Assembly: GCF_009914755.1 (NCBI RefSeq)
Contig: NC_060936.1
Direction: 5' to 3' (one strand)
Origin: the human T2T-CHM13v2.0 reference genome, Homo sapiens
Length of the DNA: 64,000 nt
Made by a program: the position numbers and the translations under genes. Below, piece after piece: positions 1-22,718 of this stretch. Under the pieces are notes generated by a model. It made no database searches, was not told the origin of the DNA, and was given only the letters and a program-made list of their open reading frames with translations. How positions within the stretch are numbered: the first letter of the stretch is position 1; every line of letters starts with the position of its first letter.

Positions 1-1
1 C

Positions 2-923
<922 letters not shown>

Positions 924-1106
924 TCAAAAAGAAATAGAAGCCACAATCACTGAAATGCTTTCCAGGAGCTAACAAGATAGCTGGAGGGAGGAGACTTAAT
1001 AGAAATGAAACAAATGAAGAGCAGGAGGCCCCAACATTCAGGAAGGCTACAGAGCAAAAAGCCACTTCACTTCCTTAACCAGCAGCATCACCATCACCTG
1101 TGAATC

Positions 1107-1712
<606 letters not shown>

Positions 1713-1721
1713 TCACATTTA

Positions 1722-2054
<333 letters not shown>

Positions 2055-3109
2055 TTATTGAAGGACAATCTTATCTTTGTCCATAAAGTAAATGTGAAAT
2101 ATTTTTTGCCTTTTTTGCTCTTTTACTTTGAAAAAGATGTCTTACTATTCTGCTTTCCTTCCTAAAACTGTCTACAATGGTTTTTCCATTATAAAAGTAA
2201 AAAAAAAAAAAAAAAAAAAATTTAAGAGACAGCGTCTTGCTCTGTTACCCAGGCTGGAATGCAGTGGTGCAATCATAGCATACTGTAACCTTGACCTCCA
2301 GGGCTCAGGTGATCCTCCCACTGCGGCCTCCAGAGTAGACAGGACTACAGGTGAGTGCTATCATGCCAGGTTAATTTTTTTTTAAATTTTTTTAGAGATG
2401 AGTGTCTCACTATGTTGCCCAGGTTGGTCTTGAACTCCTGGGCTCAAGGAGTTCAAGTGTTTTTTATGTGTGCATATTCGTTAAACAAAGGTAGAATCCA
2501 AATGCATTAGGCATATCTTACACAGCACTTCAAATCTTCTTGGCCTTGTGTGTCCTTGAGGCCCTTGGTCACTTTGTCCACTCCAGCTGTCACTGGGCTG
2601 ATCAAACACGTCTGGGTTATAACCAACTGCCCACAGGCACAACCCCACGGTCCCTTACCTCCTGCTCATACTGGGTACCTATCACTTCCCACCCGTGGCT
2701 TGCCGCTTGCCTTGGAGGTGTAAGGGTCTGTGGGACCCACCTGGTACCCACACATGTACAACCTAGAAGTCTATGGGAATTAATGTGCCATGAAGCAAAC
2801 CTTTTTCCAGTGAGATACAGAAGCTGAGGGGTCCGTCCACCCTTCCTTTAGATGGATTGCCCTGGAATGCAGTTATGTATACATCCTCCTGGGAGACAGC
2901 TTTAGGAGAACAAGCAACCAACTGTACTTGCACCAAGGGCAACCAACTTCAAAATGCACCCTTGAACTGACTTAATCTTCCTTCTCCCTTCACTCACCTT
3001 TCCCCTACCTCTGCTTCCTGAGAGCACACTTCTTGAAAAAATAATAGCACATACGCTCTTGCCTCAAGCTGTAGGTTCTCCAGGTTCTAGGGTACCCAGG
3101 TATAGCAGA

Positions 3110-3815
3110 CACTACGGATGCTCTACTCAGCATCCCTTCAGCTTTTTTTTTTTTCTGAGACGGAGTCTCGCTCTGTCACCCAGGCTGGAGTGCAGAGTGG
3201 TGTGATCTCAGCTCACTGCAACCTACACCTCCCAGATTCAAGCAATTCTCCTGCCTCAGCCTACTGAATAGCTGGGATTACAGGCATCCACCACCACGCC
3301 TGGCTAATTTTTGTATTTTTAGTAGAGACGGGGTTTCGTCATGTTGGCCAGGCTGCTCTCGAACTTCTGACCTCAGGTGATCCGCCTGCCTCATCCTCCC
3401 AAAGTGCTGGGACTACAGGTGTGAGCCACCGCGCCCAGCCATCCCTTCAGCTCTTACCACAATAGTGCACCCTATTCTGACTTCCAAATGCCAACATCTG
3501 CATCTTGTTACCTGAGAGCTTTCTTTGGTATCCAGACTACTTTGCACCTGTTTATGGCAAGCTGTAAGCACCAGAAAATTGAACCACCCTGGCAGCAGCC
3601 CTCAAATGGTGCCTGACAGGAGCTGGTGTTGAAATACGCTAAATTTCTGACCCCTCTGTGGAACATCACCAAGCCATGAGCTTCTCCAGTGGAATTAGGT
3701 TCCCCCGTGGCAACAGGCTTGAAAACTCACCCTTTGTTGTCAAACTTTCCTTTCCTGTCTCCCTTCCCCGCTCCTCTACTGTGTAAAGGACTAATCTCCA
3801 AATAAACTACTTGGG
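3110..3815 (+). mobile_element. ERVL LTR16-like LTR interrupted by an Alu
   Basis: CAGCAGCCCTCAAATGG...GACAGGAGCTGGTG and CTCCAAATAAACTACTTG motifs. Confidence 0.5.
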
Positions 3816-4114
3816 AATAAAAAGGAGGGCGGCAAAAGATGCCTTTACAATGTAGAAACCTGGGAGTTACCACCTTAATTATTAAGGAATCAAACTTAAT
3901 GTCACCAATTACAGTCACATCATGTGCTTCCTGATGGACGCACTAAGAAGGTCCCATCATTGAGGTAGTATTTCTACCAACCTAATCATCAGGAAACAAT
4001 CAAACAAGTTGAAAACTACAAAGCAACTGGCCTGGACTCTCCAAAGCATCAGTGTCTCAAAAAGCAAAACAAAATAGAATGGCTGGTGAACTCTTTTATG
4101 TTAAAAGAGGCTTA

Positions 4115-4231
<117 letters not shown>

Positions 4232-4765
4232 CTACTAAAAATATAAAAAGTAGCTGGGCATGGTGGCACACACCTGTAGTCCCAGCAACACGGGAGGCTG
4301 AAGCAGGATAATCACTTGAACCCAGCGGGTGGAGGTTGCATGAGCCAAGATCATGCCACTGCACTCCAGTTTGGGTAACAGAGCAAGACTCCATCTCAAA
4401 AAATAAATAATAAATAAATAAAGACTTAAGAGGCATGACAACTAAATGCACTGTGTGATCTTCAATGAAATTTCGGATCAGGGATAAAGAAAAGCTATAA
4501 AGAATATTATTAGGACAATGGGAGAAATCTGATGATGGGATGAATATGAGACTGCAGCCACAACCTCCTGGGCTCAGGTGATCCTTCTGCCTCAGCCTCC
4601 CGAGTAGCTTAGACTACAGGTGTGCACCACCACAGCTGGTTAGTGTGATAATTATATCGTGATTCTGTAGGACAATGGCCTATCACTAGATGTATGATTT
4701 TGTATGATGCAATATTGGAGTAAAGTGTCATGTTTTCTGCAACTTACTCTCAATTCATTCAACTA

Positions 4766-4768
<3 letters not shown>

Positions 4769-4814
<46 letters not shown>

Positions 4815-4822
4815 AGAGAGAG
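4769..4822. repeat. (TG)n(AG)n compound microsatellite
   Basis: Directly visible. Confidence 0.95.
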
Positions 4823-5584
4823 AAAAAGGCAAGTAGATAAAGCAAAAGTACAAATTTATGAACCTAGGTGAAGGATATGCAGACATTAATTGTAAATTTT
4901 TTTTTTGAGACAGTCTCGCTGTGCCACCCAGTGCAGTGAGGCGATCATGGCTCACCGTACCCTCAAACTCCTTGGCTCGTGATCTTCCCACCTCAGCCTC
5001 CTAAGTAGCTGGGACTACAGTTGTATAACGCCACACACGGCATATTTTTTATTTTTTGTAGAGACACGGGTCTCACTATGTTGTCCAGGCTGGTCTCAAA
5101 CTCCTGGGCTCAAGCAATCTTCCTGCCCAGCCTCCCAAAGCACTGGGATTACAGACGTGAGCCACTGCACCCAGCCCACTGTAAAATTTGTCCAAAGGCT
5201 TCAAATCTTTCAGGATGAAGTGTCAGGAAAGACTACCTGCATAGCCAAGATTATGGCAGCTATATAAATCCAAATATCCAAACACATGTCCAAAAACTAC
5301 ACAGACCAACCAACCGGAGAAACAAAGAAAATCACCAACGTCTCATATCTTCAACATACTTAGAAGACTGAAAATACTACAAGCTTCTAATTACCCATAA
5401 GTAGAAAAACATCAATTTCTTGTAGAGATGTTTCTCAATCTCTCATCTCAGCTCTTTAAGGACAGCAAAGAGGGATCCAGATAGGAAGAGAGATGCAAAG
5501 AAGAGAGAAGAGGGCTGGGCGCACCGGGCGCGGTGGCTCATGCCTGTAATCCCAGCACTCTGGGAAGCTGAGGCAGGCGGATCA

Positions 5585-5857
<273 letters not shown>

Positions 5858-6589
5858 TCACCCTGAAAAAGAAAACTCACGGTAAGTATGAAAACACCAA
5901 CAAAGAATTCCGTTAAATCGGGAGGGAGGAAGGGAAGGTCGGGTAGAGACACTTTTAAACACATGCAGAACTTGATGAGGTAGTCTTGAAAACGCAAGCC
6001 TTCTGGGAAGAAGGAGAAAAAGAATGAAAGGGTACCCTCTGTTGGCCGGGCGCGGTGGCTCACGCCTGTAATCCTAGCACTTTGGGAGGCCAAGGCGGGC
6101 GGATCACGAGGTCAAGAGATGGAGAACAGCCTTGCCAACATGATGAAACCCAGTCTCTACTAAAAATACAAAAATTAGTTGGGTGTGGTGGCGCGTGCCT
6201 GTAGTCCCAGCTACTCAGGAAGCTGAGGCAGGAGAATTGCTTGAACCCGGGAGGCAGAGGTAGCAGTGAGCAGAGGTTGCAGTGAGCCAAGATTGCGCCA
6301 CTGCACTCCAGCCTGGAGACAGAGCAAGACTCCGTCTAAAACAAAACAAAACAAAACAAAACCAAAGAGAAAGGGTACCCTCTGAAAACTGTGCTGTGAA
6401 AGACACAAAGAAAATGTAAGAGCCAAAGGACATAGAACCACCTCCCCGACAAAAAAGCCTTCTAGTAGAATTAGAAGCCATACTTGACTACACCTAGAAA
6501 AGAATAGGAACTACTCTTGAACTAGGAATCTCAAAAATCATCCTGAATGACTGTCACTCCTGCTCACGAAATGCAAACTTCGAGAAAAA

Positions 6590-8970
<2,381 letters not shown>

Positions 8971-9169
8971 TGTTAATGCACACTACTCTTCATGAAAACC
9001 AAAGGCCGACTCCAAGGACGGAGCCACACGTCCAGGGAGTAGAGCAGCAGAGGCCCAATCCCAGGCCTGGAGCCCTACTGGTTTTTTGAGACGAAGTCTT
9101 GTTCAGTCGCCCAGGCTGGAGTGCAGTGGCACAATCTCGGCTCACTGCAACCTCCATCTTCCTGACTGA

Positions 9170-9475
<306 letters not shown>

Positions 9476-9830
9476 TAATCAATCATATTTATCTTTGTGT
9501 GTGTGGTTTTTTTTTTGGGTTTTTTTTGCTTTTTTAAGTGACTCTATGGCATCCTGAGCCCTAAGAAACCTTTGCACACACTCAGGTCATGAAGATATTC
9601 TTCTCATCTTCTTCCAGAAGCCTCACGGTTTTCTAATTTTGAAAATAGGTCTGGGCGGGGCCCGCTGGGTGCAGTTGCTCACACCTGTAATCCCAGCACT
9701 TTGGGAGGCTGAGGCAGGCGGATTGCATGAGGTGAGGAGTTCAAGACCAGCCTGGCCAACATCATGAAACTCCATCTCTACAAAAAATACAAAAATTAGC
9801 TGGGCCTGGTGGAATGTTCCCGTAGTCCTA

Positions 9831-10037
<207 letters not shown>

Positions 10038-11111
10038 TCAGGAGTTCAAGACAAGCCTAGGGAACATGGCTGTCTCTACAAGCAGCAAAACGTTAGTCGG
10101 GCATGGTGGAGCATGCCGGCAGTCCCAGCTACTCAGGAAGCTGTGGTGGGAGGATCACTTGAGCGGGGGCGAGGAAGGGGTCAAGGCTGCAGTGAGCCAT
10201 GATCATACCACTACACTCCAGCCTGGGCAACAGAGGAAGACCCTGTCTCAAAAAAGAAAGAAAGAAATTAAATATGTATCTGTCATATGATCCCAAAATT
10301 CTGATAGGTGTTTTCCCAGAGGAAATAAAAACATGGTAAAAAAAAAAAAAAAAAAAACTCAGGGGTAGAAGGGAGAGAGCCTGGACTAGGATAGTGGCTA
10401 TGGCAAGAAATCATGAATTCAAGATATTAAAAAGGTAAAGACTGGCAAAGATGTTTTATTCTTCTCCATTTCCTTATCACCTAAAAGCATTTTTCTTTCT
10501 TTCTTTTTTTTTTTTTTTGAGGAGTCTCACACTGTTGCCCAAGCTGCAGTGCAATGGCACAATCTCGGCTCACAAAACCATTTCTTATTATATGTGGAGG
10601 GCTGAAGAAGCATGTCAGGTGGACTCTGGATATACAGATCAAGAGGGAGATGTGACAAGGTGATGGGTGAGATTCTGACTGTGAAGGTCAAGAACGGCTT
10701 GATGAACAAGACTGGAGCAAGTTTCTTTTATTTTCATTTATGAACACAGTACTATAATGTTCATGAAACTTTAAAAAAATTAGCAAAAGTAGAAAAAAAG
10801 TGGCCAGGCACGGTGGCTCACATCTGTAATCTCAGCACTTTGGAAGGCCAATGCAGACAGATCACCTGAGGTCAGGAGTTCAAGACCAGCCCGGCTAACA
10901 TGATGAAACCTCTTCTCTACTAAAGATACAAAAATTAGCTGGGCATGGTGGCAGGTGCCTGTAATCTCAGCTCCTCAGGAGGCTAAGGCACAAGAATCGC
11001 TTGAATCCAGGAGGCGAAGGTTGCAGTGAGCCAAGATCGCACCACTGCACTCTAGCCTGAGCAAGAGTGAGACTCTGTCTCAAAAAAAAAAAGTAGAAAA
11101 AAAATTTTTAA

Positions 11112-11294
<183 letters not shown>

Positions 11295-11538
11295 TAGCTG
11301 GAACTACAGGCATGCGCGACCACACCCAGCTAATTTTCTGTACTTTTAGTAGAGGCAGGGGTTTCACCATGTTGGCCAGGCTGGTCTCGAACTCCTGACC
11401 TCAGGTGATCTGCCCACCTCGGCCTCCCAAAATGCTGGGATTACAGGCATAAGCCACCACACCTGGCCTGAAGTAAGTCTTAAAATTTGTGGGAACCCAG
11501 TAATCCCAGCACTTTGGGAGGCCGAGGCAGGCAGATCA

Positions 11539-11754
<216 letters not shown>

Positions 11755-12062
11755 TCAAAAAAAACAAAAAAACACGGTGGGAACATAGGATTAATTCCCT
11801 CACACTGATCATTTCTCTGCACTCCCACACTCAGCCATTAGAGAACTGCGGGGCCATACACTAATCACTGAATCCCCAACACTCAGCACAGTCCCCACTC
11901 AGCACATAGTATGAAGAGCATTTTAGCCTTATTTTAGCTTCTCTCCACATCAAAACTGCCAGTTCAATATTAAAAATGAGTGCCTTGAGTGAAGAAATGC
12001 TAAAAGCTGCAGAGATGGGAAAATATCCACTAGGCTTTCTGCCCTTGAAGCACTACTGAGAC

Positions 12063-12540
12063 AGTCAGTTCTCATTATTCAGGGTAGTTATGTCCTGTAA
12101 AGCCATCATGAACACTGAACTAGCAAATACTGAGCCACTGCTCCCAGGGGAAATACAGGGTTACTCAACAGGCCAATACATAACCTTGTTTTATGTGTGC
12201 TTCTGTTTAAAGATATCTTATTTAATATATATTGTTGATGCAGTAACATGAACTCACAGCCAACAACAAAAGTGATGCCTGAACAAAGCTAATCTAAAAG
12301 CTTATCTTTTCTCTATAAGATATATCACAGCCTTCAACTTGGAAATGCTAGACAGCACTTCTATTCTTGGAGGCCACTATAAACAGCAAAATCACCAAAA
12401 GCACAAAAATACAAAAAAACATGGCACTACGTATACAGCCAAAATAACACTTATGAACAGTTTTAGAGCTGAAACAGGAAGGCAGAGTGTCACCTTATTT
12501 GAACATAGCTGGGAAAGCATACAGTGGGTGACTCAAAATT
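12063..12540 (+). mobile_element. Tigger-family (TcMar) DNA transposon relic
   Basis: Starts CAGTCAGTTCTCATTATTCAGGGTAGTTATG...GCTCCCAGGGGAAATACAGGGTT; subfamily uncertain. Confidence 0.55.
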
Positions 12541-12898
12541 TTTCACAACTAGTCTCTCCCACAGCTAGCTCAGTTACATTTTTCATACACTCATCTCCAA
12601 CTACACCGTTTATACTACAAGATAACACGTTTTGGTGTACATTACACAACAGCAATCTCTGACGGTTTCTGCCTCCCTGAGAAGACCAGCACACAAACAT
12701 TTCTCTGCTTGATACCACGATAATTAACGGCCTGGTAAGTGGTGAACTGAGAATAGAACACTTTAAAAAACACTCCCAGAGGGGCGCAGTGGCTCACGCC
12801 TGTAATCCCAACACTTTGGGAGGCCAAGGCGGGAGGATCACCTGAGGTAGGGAGTTCGAGACCAGCGTAACCAACATGGAGAAACCCCTTCTCTACTA

Positions 12899-13524
<626 letters not shown>

Positions 13525-13789
13525 TAGGAGAAGCGCTTGAACCCAGGAGGTGAGGTTGCAGTGAGCCCAGATACGCCATTGCACTCCACCCTGGGCAACA
13601 AGAGTGAAACTTCATCTCAAAAAAAAAAAAAAACAAAAAAAAAACTGCCCTAAACGATACCAGACCTGAGGCCACTGAATTACCTGACCCAACCCAAGAG
13701 TTAAATGCTAGTTTCCAAAAACTTAAGTTTTAAATGTCTGTGCCTCAGACTGCGAGTTCTGTGGAGGACTAGACCTAGAAAGCCTAGAA

Positions 13790-14150
13790 AATCACCAGTA
13801 TCCATCAAAAATGGAGAAACAAAATGTGGTATATCCACACAATAAATAATTCAGTTATTTAAAAAATGAAGTTGATACATGCTACATACAACATAGATGG
13901 ACTTTGAATCATGAAGTGAAATAAACCAAACACAAAAGAACAACTATTGTATAATACAGTACTGAGAATGGGTAAATTCATAGATTAGTGCTGCTGGGAG
14001 TAGGAGGAAATAATGGGTGTCTGCTAATGGTTTTAAGGTTTCTTTTAGGGATGATAAAAATGTTCTGGAATTAGATAATAGTGGTGATTGCACAACCTTG
14101 TGAATATATTAAAACCACTGAATTGCACACTTTAAAAGGGTGAATTTAGA
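13790..14150 (+). mobile_element. L1MB-type 3' fragment
   Basis: AAAATGTGGTATATCCACACAAT...GATGATAAAAATGTTCTGGAATTAGAT...GCACAACCTTGTGAATAT. Confidence 0.8.
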
Positions 14151-14419
14151 CTGGGTGTGGTGGTTCACACCTGTAATCCCTGAACTTTGGAAGGGCGAGG
14201 AGTTCGAGACCAGCCTAACCAACATGGTGAAAAATACAAAGTAGCTGGGTGTGGTGGTATGCGCCTGTAATTCCAGCTACTTGAGAGGCTGAAGCAAAGA
14301 ATCGCTTGAACCCAGGAGGCGGACGTTGCAGTGAGCCGAGACGGCGCCACTGTACTCCAGCCTGGGCAACAGAGCGAGACTATGTCTCCACTTTTTTTAA
14401 AAAAAGGGAGTGAATTTAA

Positions 14420-14608
<189 letters not shown>

Positions 14609-15332
14609 TAGTAGAGATGGGGTTTCGCTATGTTAGCCAGGCTGGCGTAGAACTCCTGGCCTCAAGCGATCCTCCCGCATCGGCCTTCCAAAGTTCTGGG
14701 ATTACAGGTGTGAGACGCCGCGCCAGACCTCTATCTCAATGTTATAACAAGGCTCAATACTCAGCTAAAGTGAGCGTCAAATTTTTATTTTTATTTTTTC
14801 CCCCGTGACAGGGTCTCGCTCTGTCGCCCGGGACGGAGTGTCGTGGTACGGGTGCGATCTCGGCTCACTGCAGGCTTGACCTCCAGGGAACATGGGGGCA
14901 TGCCGCCACCATGCCCGGCGTCAAATTCCTTTTAAATCAATCATTTCTTCCCAGCGTCCCCCGCTCCCTGCAACTCAACTTCGTTTAGCTATTAACACAA
15001 ACTTCAGATTCCCCACGCCTGTCTGCAGGCAGCATCTCCAAGGAAGCGCCACCACGGACACCTGGCTGTCCGCACCGCGGTGGGGTCCCGGCGCGTTGGT
15101 GCCAAGTTTCCTGTACCCCGCCTTCCTACCCACCTCTCGGGAGGCCCGGATACTGAGCCCCTCACTGCACTGGTGAACTAGAACAGGCCTCTGGACTCAG
15201 CATCTCTACGCTGAGACCTCAGGATCAGGTCCACCGCAGCCCCAGGTTCTCGCCCCGGAAGCTGAGCCTTCCCACGCTCCACACCCACGGCTAGAACCAC
15301 CCCGGGGGAAGCCGCTCTCCTCCCCCACTTAC

Positions 15333-15430
15333 GCGCCTCGGGCAGCGCGCGGTGCACACAGGGAGCTCGATCTAGGCTATGGACAAGGGGAAGAGATCTT
15401 AGATGGAGGCCGCGCAGAGGAGAATGGGAA
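15333..15430 (-). other. RAD52: Non-coding first exon (5'UTR) of RAD52, proximal promoter; TSS approximate
   Basis: Minus strand reads ...CCTAGATCGAGCTCCCTGTGTGCACCGCGCGCTGCCCGAGGCGC|GTAAGT, a consensus donor with GT at 15332-15331, inside a CpG island. The sequence matches my recollection of the RAD52 mRNA leader. Coding exons would lie left of the window. Confidence 0.85.
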
Positions 15431-15690
15431 GGGTGCGCGAGCGTCTCTGGGAAGAAGGTCCGAACCCACGCCCAGCGCCGGAGGGGAAAAAAAAAAACAC
15501 AGACCAGAGAAGGAACCGTAAATCAAGTCGGAGGGGAAAAGAGCCGCAAAGCCTTCTGCGGCAGCCGTAAAGCAACCTGGAGGCGCGGTGCTGGCTTTTA
15601 CGTTCTGAGCCGCTCGCCCTGCCGCTTCCCTGCGCGCCCTCTGCCTCCTACTTCCCGCCAGCTTCCCTCGGTCCGCGGCCGTCGGATCTC

Positions 15691-15709
15691 TGCTGCCCCC
15701 TGGTGGACC
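15691..15709 (-). promoter_or_regulatory. CTCF binding motif
   Basis: Minus strand GGTCCACCAGGGGGCAGCA closely matches the CTCF core CCACCAGGGGGCGC. Confidence 0.75.
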
Positions 15710-18166
15710 TGGCGGTTTCGTCAGGCCTTCAGGGGCTAGTTAGGCCCGGGTGGTTCACACTTCACATGCCCAGTGCCCATTAGGATGCGGGGCCCGCCCA
15801 CCCATGCACAATTGGGAAAATCTGAGGATGAATGGTTGTCAGAGTCCTTCCCAGATTCCGCCCGGGCCGAGGCAGCGGTGGACCTGGTGGTTCTCGCGGC
15901 CTCTCACCACCGCCGCGCACATCCAGTCGTCACCGGATGGCGCCTTCGGTTAGCGACGACCGCAGGGAAATGGAGAAGTGCGGCTTGGGGGGTGAAGTCC
16001 CCTCTAGAATGTCCCCTGGGGCCGGGCGTGGTGGCTCAGGCCTGTAATCCCACCACTTTGGGACGCCGAGGCGGGCTGATCACGAGGTCAGGAGTTCGAG
16101 ACCAGCCTGGGCAACATGGCGAAACCCTGTCTCTACTAAAAATACAAAAAATTAGCCGGGCGTGGTGGCGGGCGCCTGTAGTCCCAGCTACTCGGGAGGC
16201 TGAGGTAGGAGAATGGCGTGAACCCCGGGGGACGGAGCCTGCAGTGAGCCGAGATCGCCCCACTGCACTCCAGCCTGGGCGACAGAGCGAGGCTACGTCT
16301 CAAAAAAAAAAAAAAAAAAGTTTTTGTAGCGACAGGGTCTTGCTATGTTGCCCAGGCTGGTCTTGAACTCCTCGCCTCAAGTGATCCTCTTGCCTCAGCC
16401 TCCCAAAGTGCTAGGATTACAGGTATGAGCCACTGCACCTAGCCCACTTATCATTCTTTTTGTGGCGAGATATTTTCAACTTACTCTCTTAGAAATTTTG
16501 AAATATACAATAAATTATTATTAACTATAGTCACTATGCTGTGCAATAAATCTCAAAATTGTATTCCTCCTGTTTAACTGTTAACTTTGTACCCTGAGAC
16601 CAACATCTTCATCTCCCCATTCTCTCCCCCAGCCCCTTATTCCCCAGCCTCTGGGGAATTTTTAGTAGAGACAGGGTTTCTCCATGTTGGTCAGGCTGGT
16701 CTCGAACTCCCAACCTCAGGTGATCTGCTCACCTCAGCCTCCCAAAGTGCTGGGATTACAGGTGTGAGCCACTGTGCCCAGCCAATATTGAGCATTTTTA
16801 TGAACCTGTTGATCATTTGTATGTCATCTTTTGATAAATGATTTTTTTTTTTAAGAGTCAGGGTCTCAAGCTATCAAGCTGTTGCCCAGACTGTACTGCA
16901 GTGCTGCAATCATGGCTCACTGCAACCTCTAACTCCTGGGCTCAAGTGATCCTCCCACCTCAGCTTCCCAGGTAGCTGGGACTACAAGCATATGTCACCA
17001 CACCTGGCTAATCTAAAATTTTTTTGTAGAGACAAGGTCTTTCTATGTTGTCCAGGCTTTTCACAACTCCTGGCCTCAAGCAATTCTCCTGTCTCAGCCT
17101 TCCAAAGCACTGGGATTACAGGTGTAAACCAGTGCACCTGGTGCCCTTTGCCCCCTTTTTAGTCGTGTGATCTGATTTTGCTATGAGTTGTTTGCTTTCT
17201 TCACATATTTAGAATAGGATAGTAACCCCTTATTGGATATATGGTTTGCAAATATTTTCTCTCACTCTGTTGTTTTCTTTGTTGTGTCCTTTCATTTCTG
17301 ATTTTGGTAATTTGTGTCCTCTCCTTTTTTCACTAGTCCAGCTAGATGTTTATTAATTTTACCTGTCTTTTCAAAGAACCAGCTCATGGTTTTATTAATT
17401 ACTACAATTGTTTTTCCATTTGTTTGTTTCACTGATTTTCATTGTTATCTTCATCACTTCTTCTGCTCACTTTAGGTTTACTTTACTTTTCTTTCTTTTT
17501 GTTTCTTATGATTTTAACCTTTTTTTGTTTTAAGTAAAGGCATTTAAACTATTAAACTATAAATTTTCCTCTAAGAACTCCTTTAGCTGAATTTTATAAA
17601 TTCTGAAACATAATTTTTGGGGTAAATGTATTTTAAAGTTACCTACCTGCATGTTATTGTATATATTATATTGTTTTCTTTTTTTTTATGAAAAACTTTT
17701 TTTTCTAAGAGACAGCACCTCACTCTGCTGCCCAGGCTATGGTGCAGTGGCACGGTCATAGCTTGCTATAACCTCAAATGCCTGGGCTCAAGTGATCCTC
17801 CTGCTTCAGTCTCCTAAGTAGCTAGGATTACAGAGGCTACATGCCCAGCTAAGTAAAAAAACATTTTTTTGGTGGAGGCAGGGTCTTGCTATGTTGCTCA
17901 GGCTGGTCTTGAACTCCTAGCCTCAAGCAATTCTCCCACCTTGGCCTCCCAAAGTGCTGGAACTGCAGGTGCATGACACTATGCCTGGCTAATTAAAAAA
18001 AATTTTTTTAGAGAGGGGTTCTTACTATGTTTCTCAGGCTTGTCTTAAACTCCAGGGCTCAAGCAATCCTCCTGCCTCAGCCTCCTGAGTAGCTGGGACT
18101 ACAGGTGCTCACCACCATGCTCAGCTCTAAAAACTACATTTTAAAAATAGTTCCTGCTATTCTTTG

Positions 18167-19562
<1,396 letters not shown>

Positions 19563-20154
19563 TGTGATTTCTAATCCATCGTGCCTGCCTGCCACAGCAT
19601 TTCCCATGGTGTACATCCACCATATTTCGCCCATCTACCTTCCCCACTGTGAACATCATAAATAATACTACAGTGAACATATTCCTACATGTTCCTTTAT
19701 AAACTGTGTGAGAGCGTTCCGTACACACAGCAGTGGAACCGTTGGGTGACAGACGTCTATTTTATTTGCCTGAGTAATGACAGCTTGCTCTCCACCGCCC
19801 TTGCATGAGGGTTCCTGTATGTCCACACCCCTGCCAATTCTTGACATCATGCTGATTCACAACTTTCGGCAGTGTAATGAGTGTGAAATGTTATCTTTTT
19901 TAAAAAAATTATATTTCTGATTACTAATGATTTTAAGCACTTCCTGTGCATGCTCAGTTTTTGGTTTTCTGGTTTTTTAATTGGCTGTTCATATCATTCA
20001 CCCATTTCTGTATGTAGTCATTACCTTTTTCTTGTTGATGTGAAGGTATTCTTTGAAATTCTAGATATTAATCTCTTGTCAGATTTTGTCTTTGTAAATA
20101 TCTTCTCTTACTCTGTTAGCTGCTTATTAACTTTGTCCATAGTGTCATTTCCTA

Positions 20155-20511
<357 letters not shown>

Positions 20512-21267
20512 TTATTGATTAATCCTTTTAAAATTGTATTTAAAATCTCTTTCTGGTTGTAGGTTGCAAAAATACTGACTTACATTTTTCTATCAAAATT
20601 CTAAATTAAGCCTTGATAGAGTACTCTTTTTAATTGGATCTTTCATTTAGAATTTTCCTTGATACATGGCATTGGTTAGGGATACATTAGGGACATATCT
20701 AAAGCATTCCAGTTATGCAACTTTTTAATTCTGTGACCAGTGAGGAAAGGGGATTCTTTTCCCTAGATCCAATTTGAAAAATTACAGAGAAAGACTCTGA
20801 CTCACTGGATTGGGTTGCATGCCCATTATTATGGCCCAATTAGCAAGATGCCTTACTAAGTGCTAGGCAGACAAAACAATATTCACTACAGGGGTGATAA
20901 GGTAAATAAACACATTAATTAGAATTTAAAGGTAAGTATTCTTAAGGATTTAAGAGGTGGGACAATTGCACCCTATTGGGGGAACCACATAATTCTTCAT
21001 GACAGAAATGACATTTTCAATAGACTGCCAAGTATGGGTAAGATTTATATGCATACAAAATCCTATGTATGATGACTTCTAAATAGAGGACAAAGCATAA
21101 GTAAGAACGCAAGGGCAAGAAATTAAGAGTATGTTTACAGTATAATCCAATTTGAATGAACCACAGGATATAGGAAGGTTTAGTGTGTGCCGACTGTGTA
21201 AAGATATCTGTAGAAGATACAGTGATGCTTAGTCAATGGCCATGACCCCAACCCATTATCTTGCTAA

Positions 21268-21791
<524 letters not shown>

Positions 21792-22372
21792 TAGTAGAGA
21801 GAGGGTTTCACCATGTTGGCTGCCCAGCCCAATGTACTCTTCTGTAGAGCTTAAATCTGGATTGATCTAAGTTCATTGTAGCAATTTACTTCCCTTTGCC
21901 TGCTACTCCCCTTCCTATACTCCCTTGAACAAGGGGCAGCCACATGACTCAGCTCTGGCCAATAGAATGCAAGTGGAAGTCTTCTGGGAACTTTTTTGTT
22001 CATCCTCTTCTGTTTAGCACTACGACAGCCATCTTCCAACGCAATAAGCAGGGACAAGAAAATTTCAGAAGCCAACCCATAATTCTGACGTCGTTAGAAC
22101 CAGGTTCAGCCTCTGAACCTGTCGTATAGGCCTCAGCACTTAGAACAACCCTGTGCTTGGTTCAATGTTCTATGCTGCTATAAGTTATTAATCATTTTTA
22201 ACAAGGGGCCCTGTTTTATTATTTTGCATTGGGCCCCACAAATTGTATAGCTACTCCTGATAGGAACCACAGTGCAAATTCTGGAATCTCTTATTTCTAA
22301 TCCTTTTGTTAACAGTAAATATCCTTATGGATGAAAACACTGTTGATTGGGTTTTCTGTTACTTATAGCTAA

Positions 22373-22718
<346 letters not shown>

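Larger units (their letters stand above)
14950..16300. promoter_or_regulatory. CpG island / RAD52 proximal promoter
   Basis: High GC and dense CpG compared with the CpG-depleted flanks; surrounds a first exon with a splice donor. Confidence 0.9.

Noticed and set aside
15733-15780. Possible p53 half-sites (GGGCTAGTTA, TCACATGCCC)
   Set aside because: Imperfect and not arranged as an adjacent pair; expected by chance.
15773-16366. 197-aa plus-strand ORF opposite RAD52
   Set aside because: Non-ATG start, no recognisable domain, and the second half is Alu.
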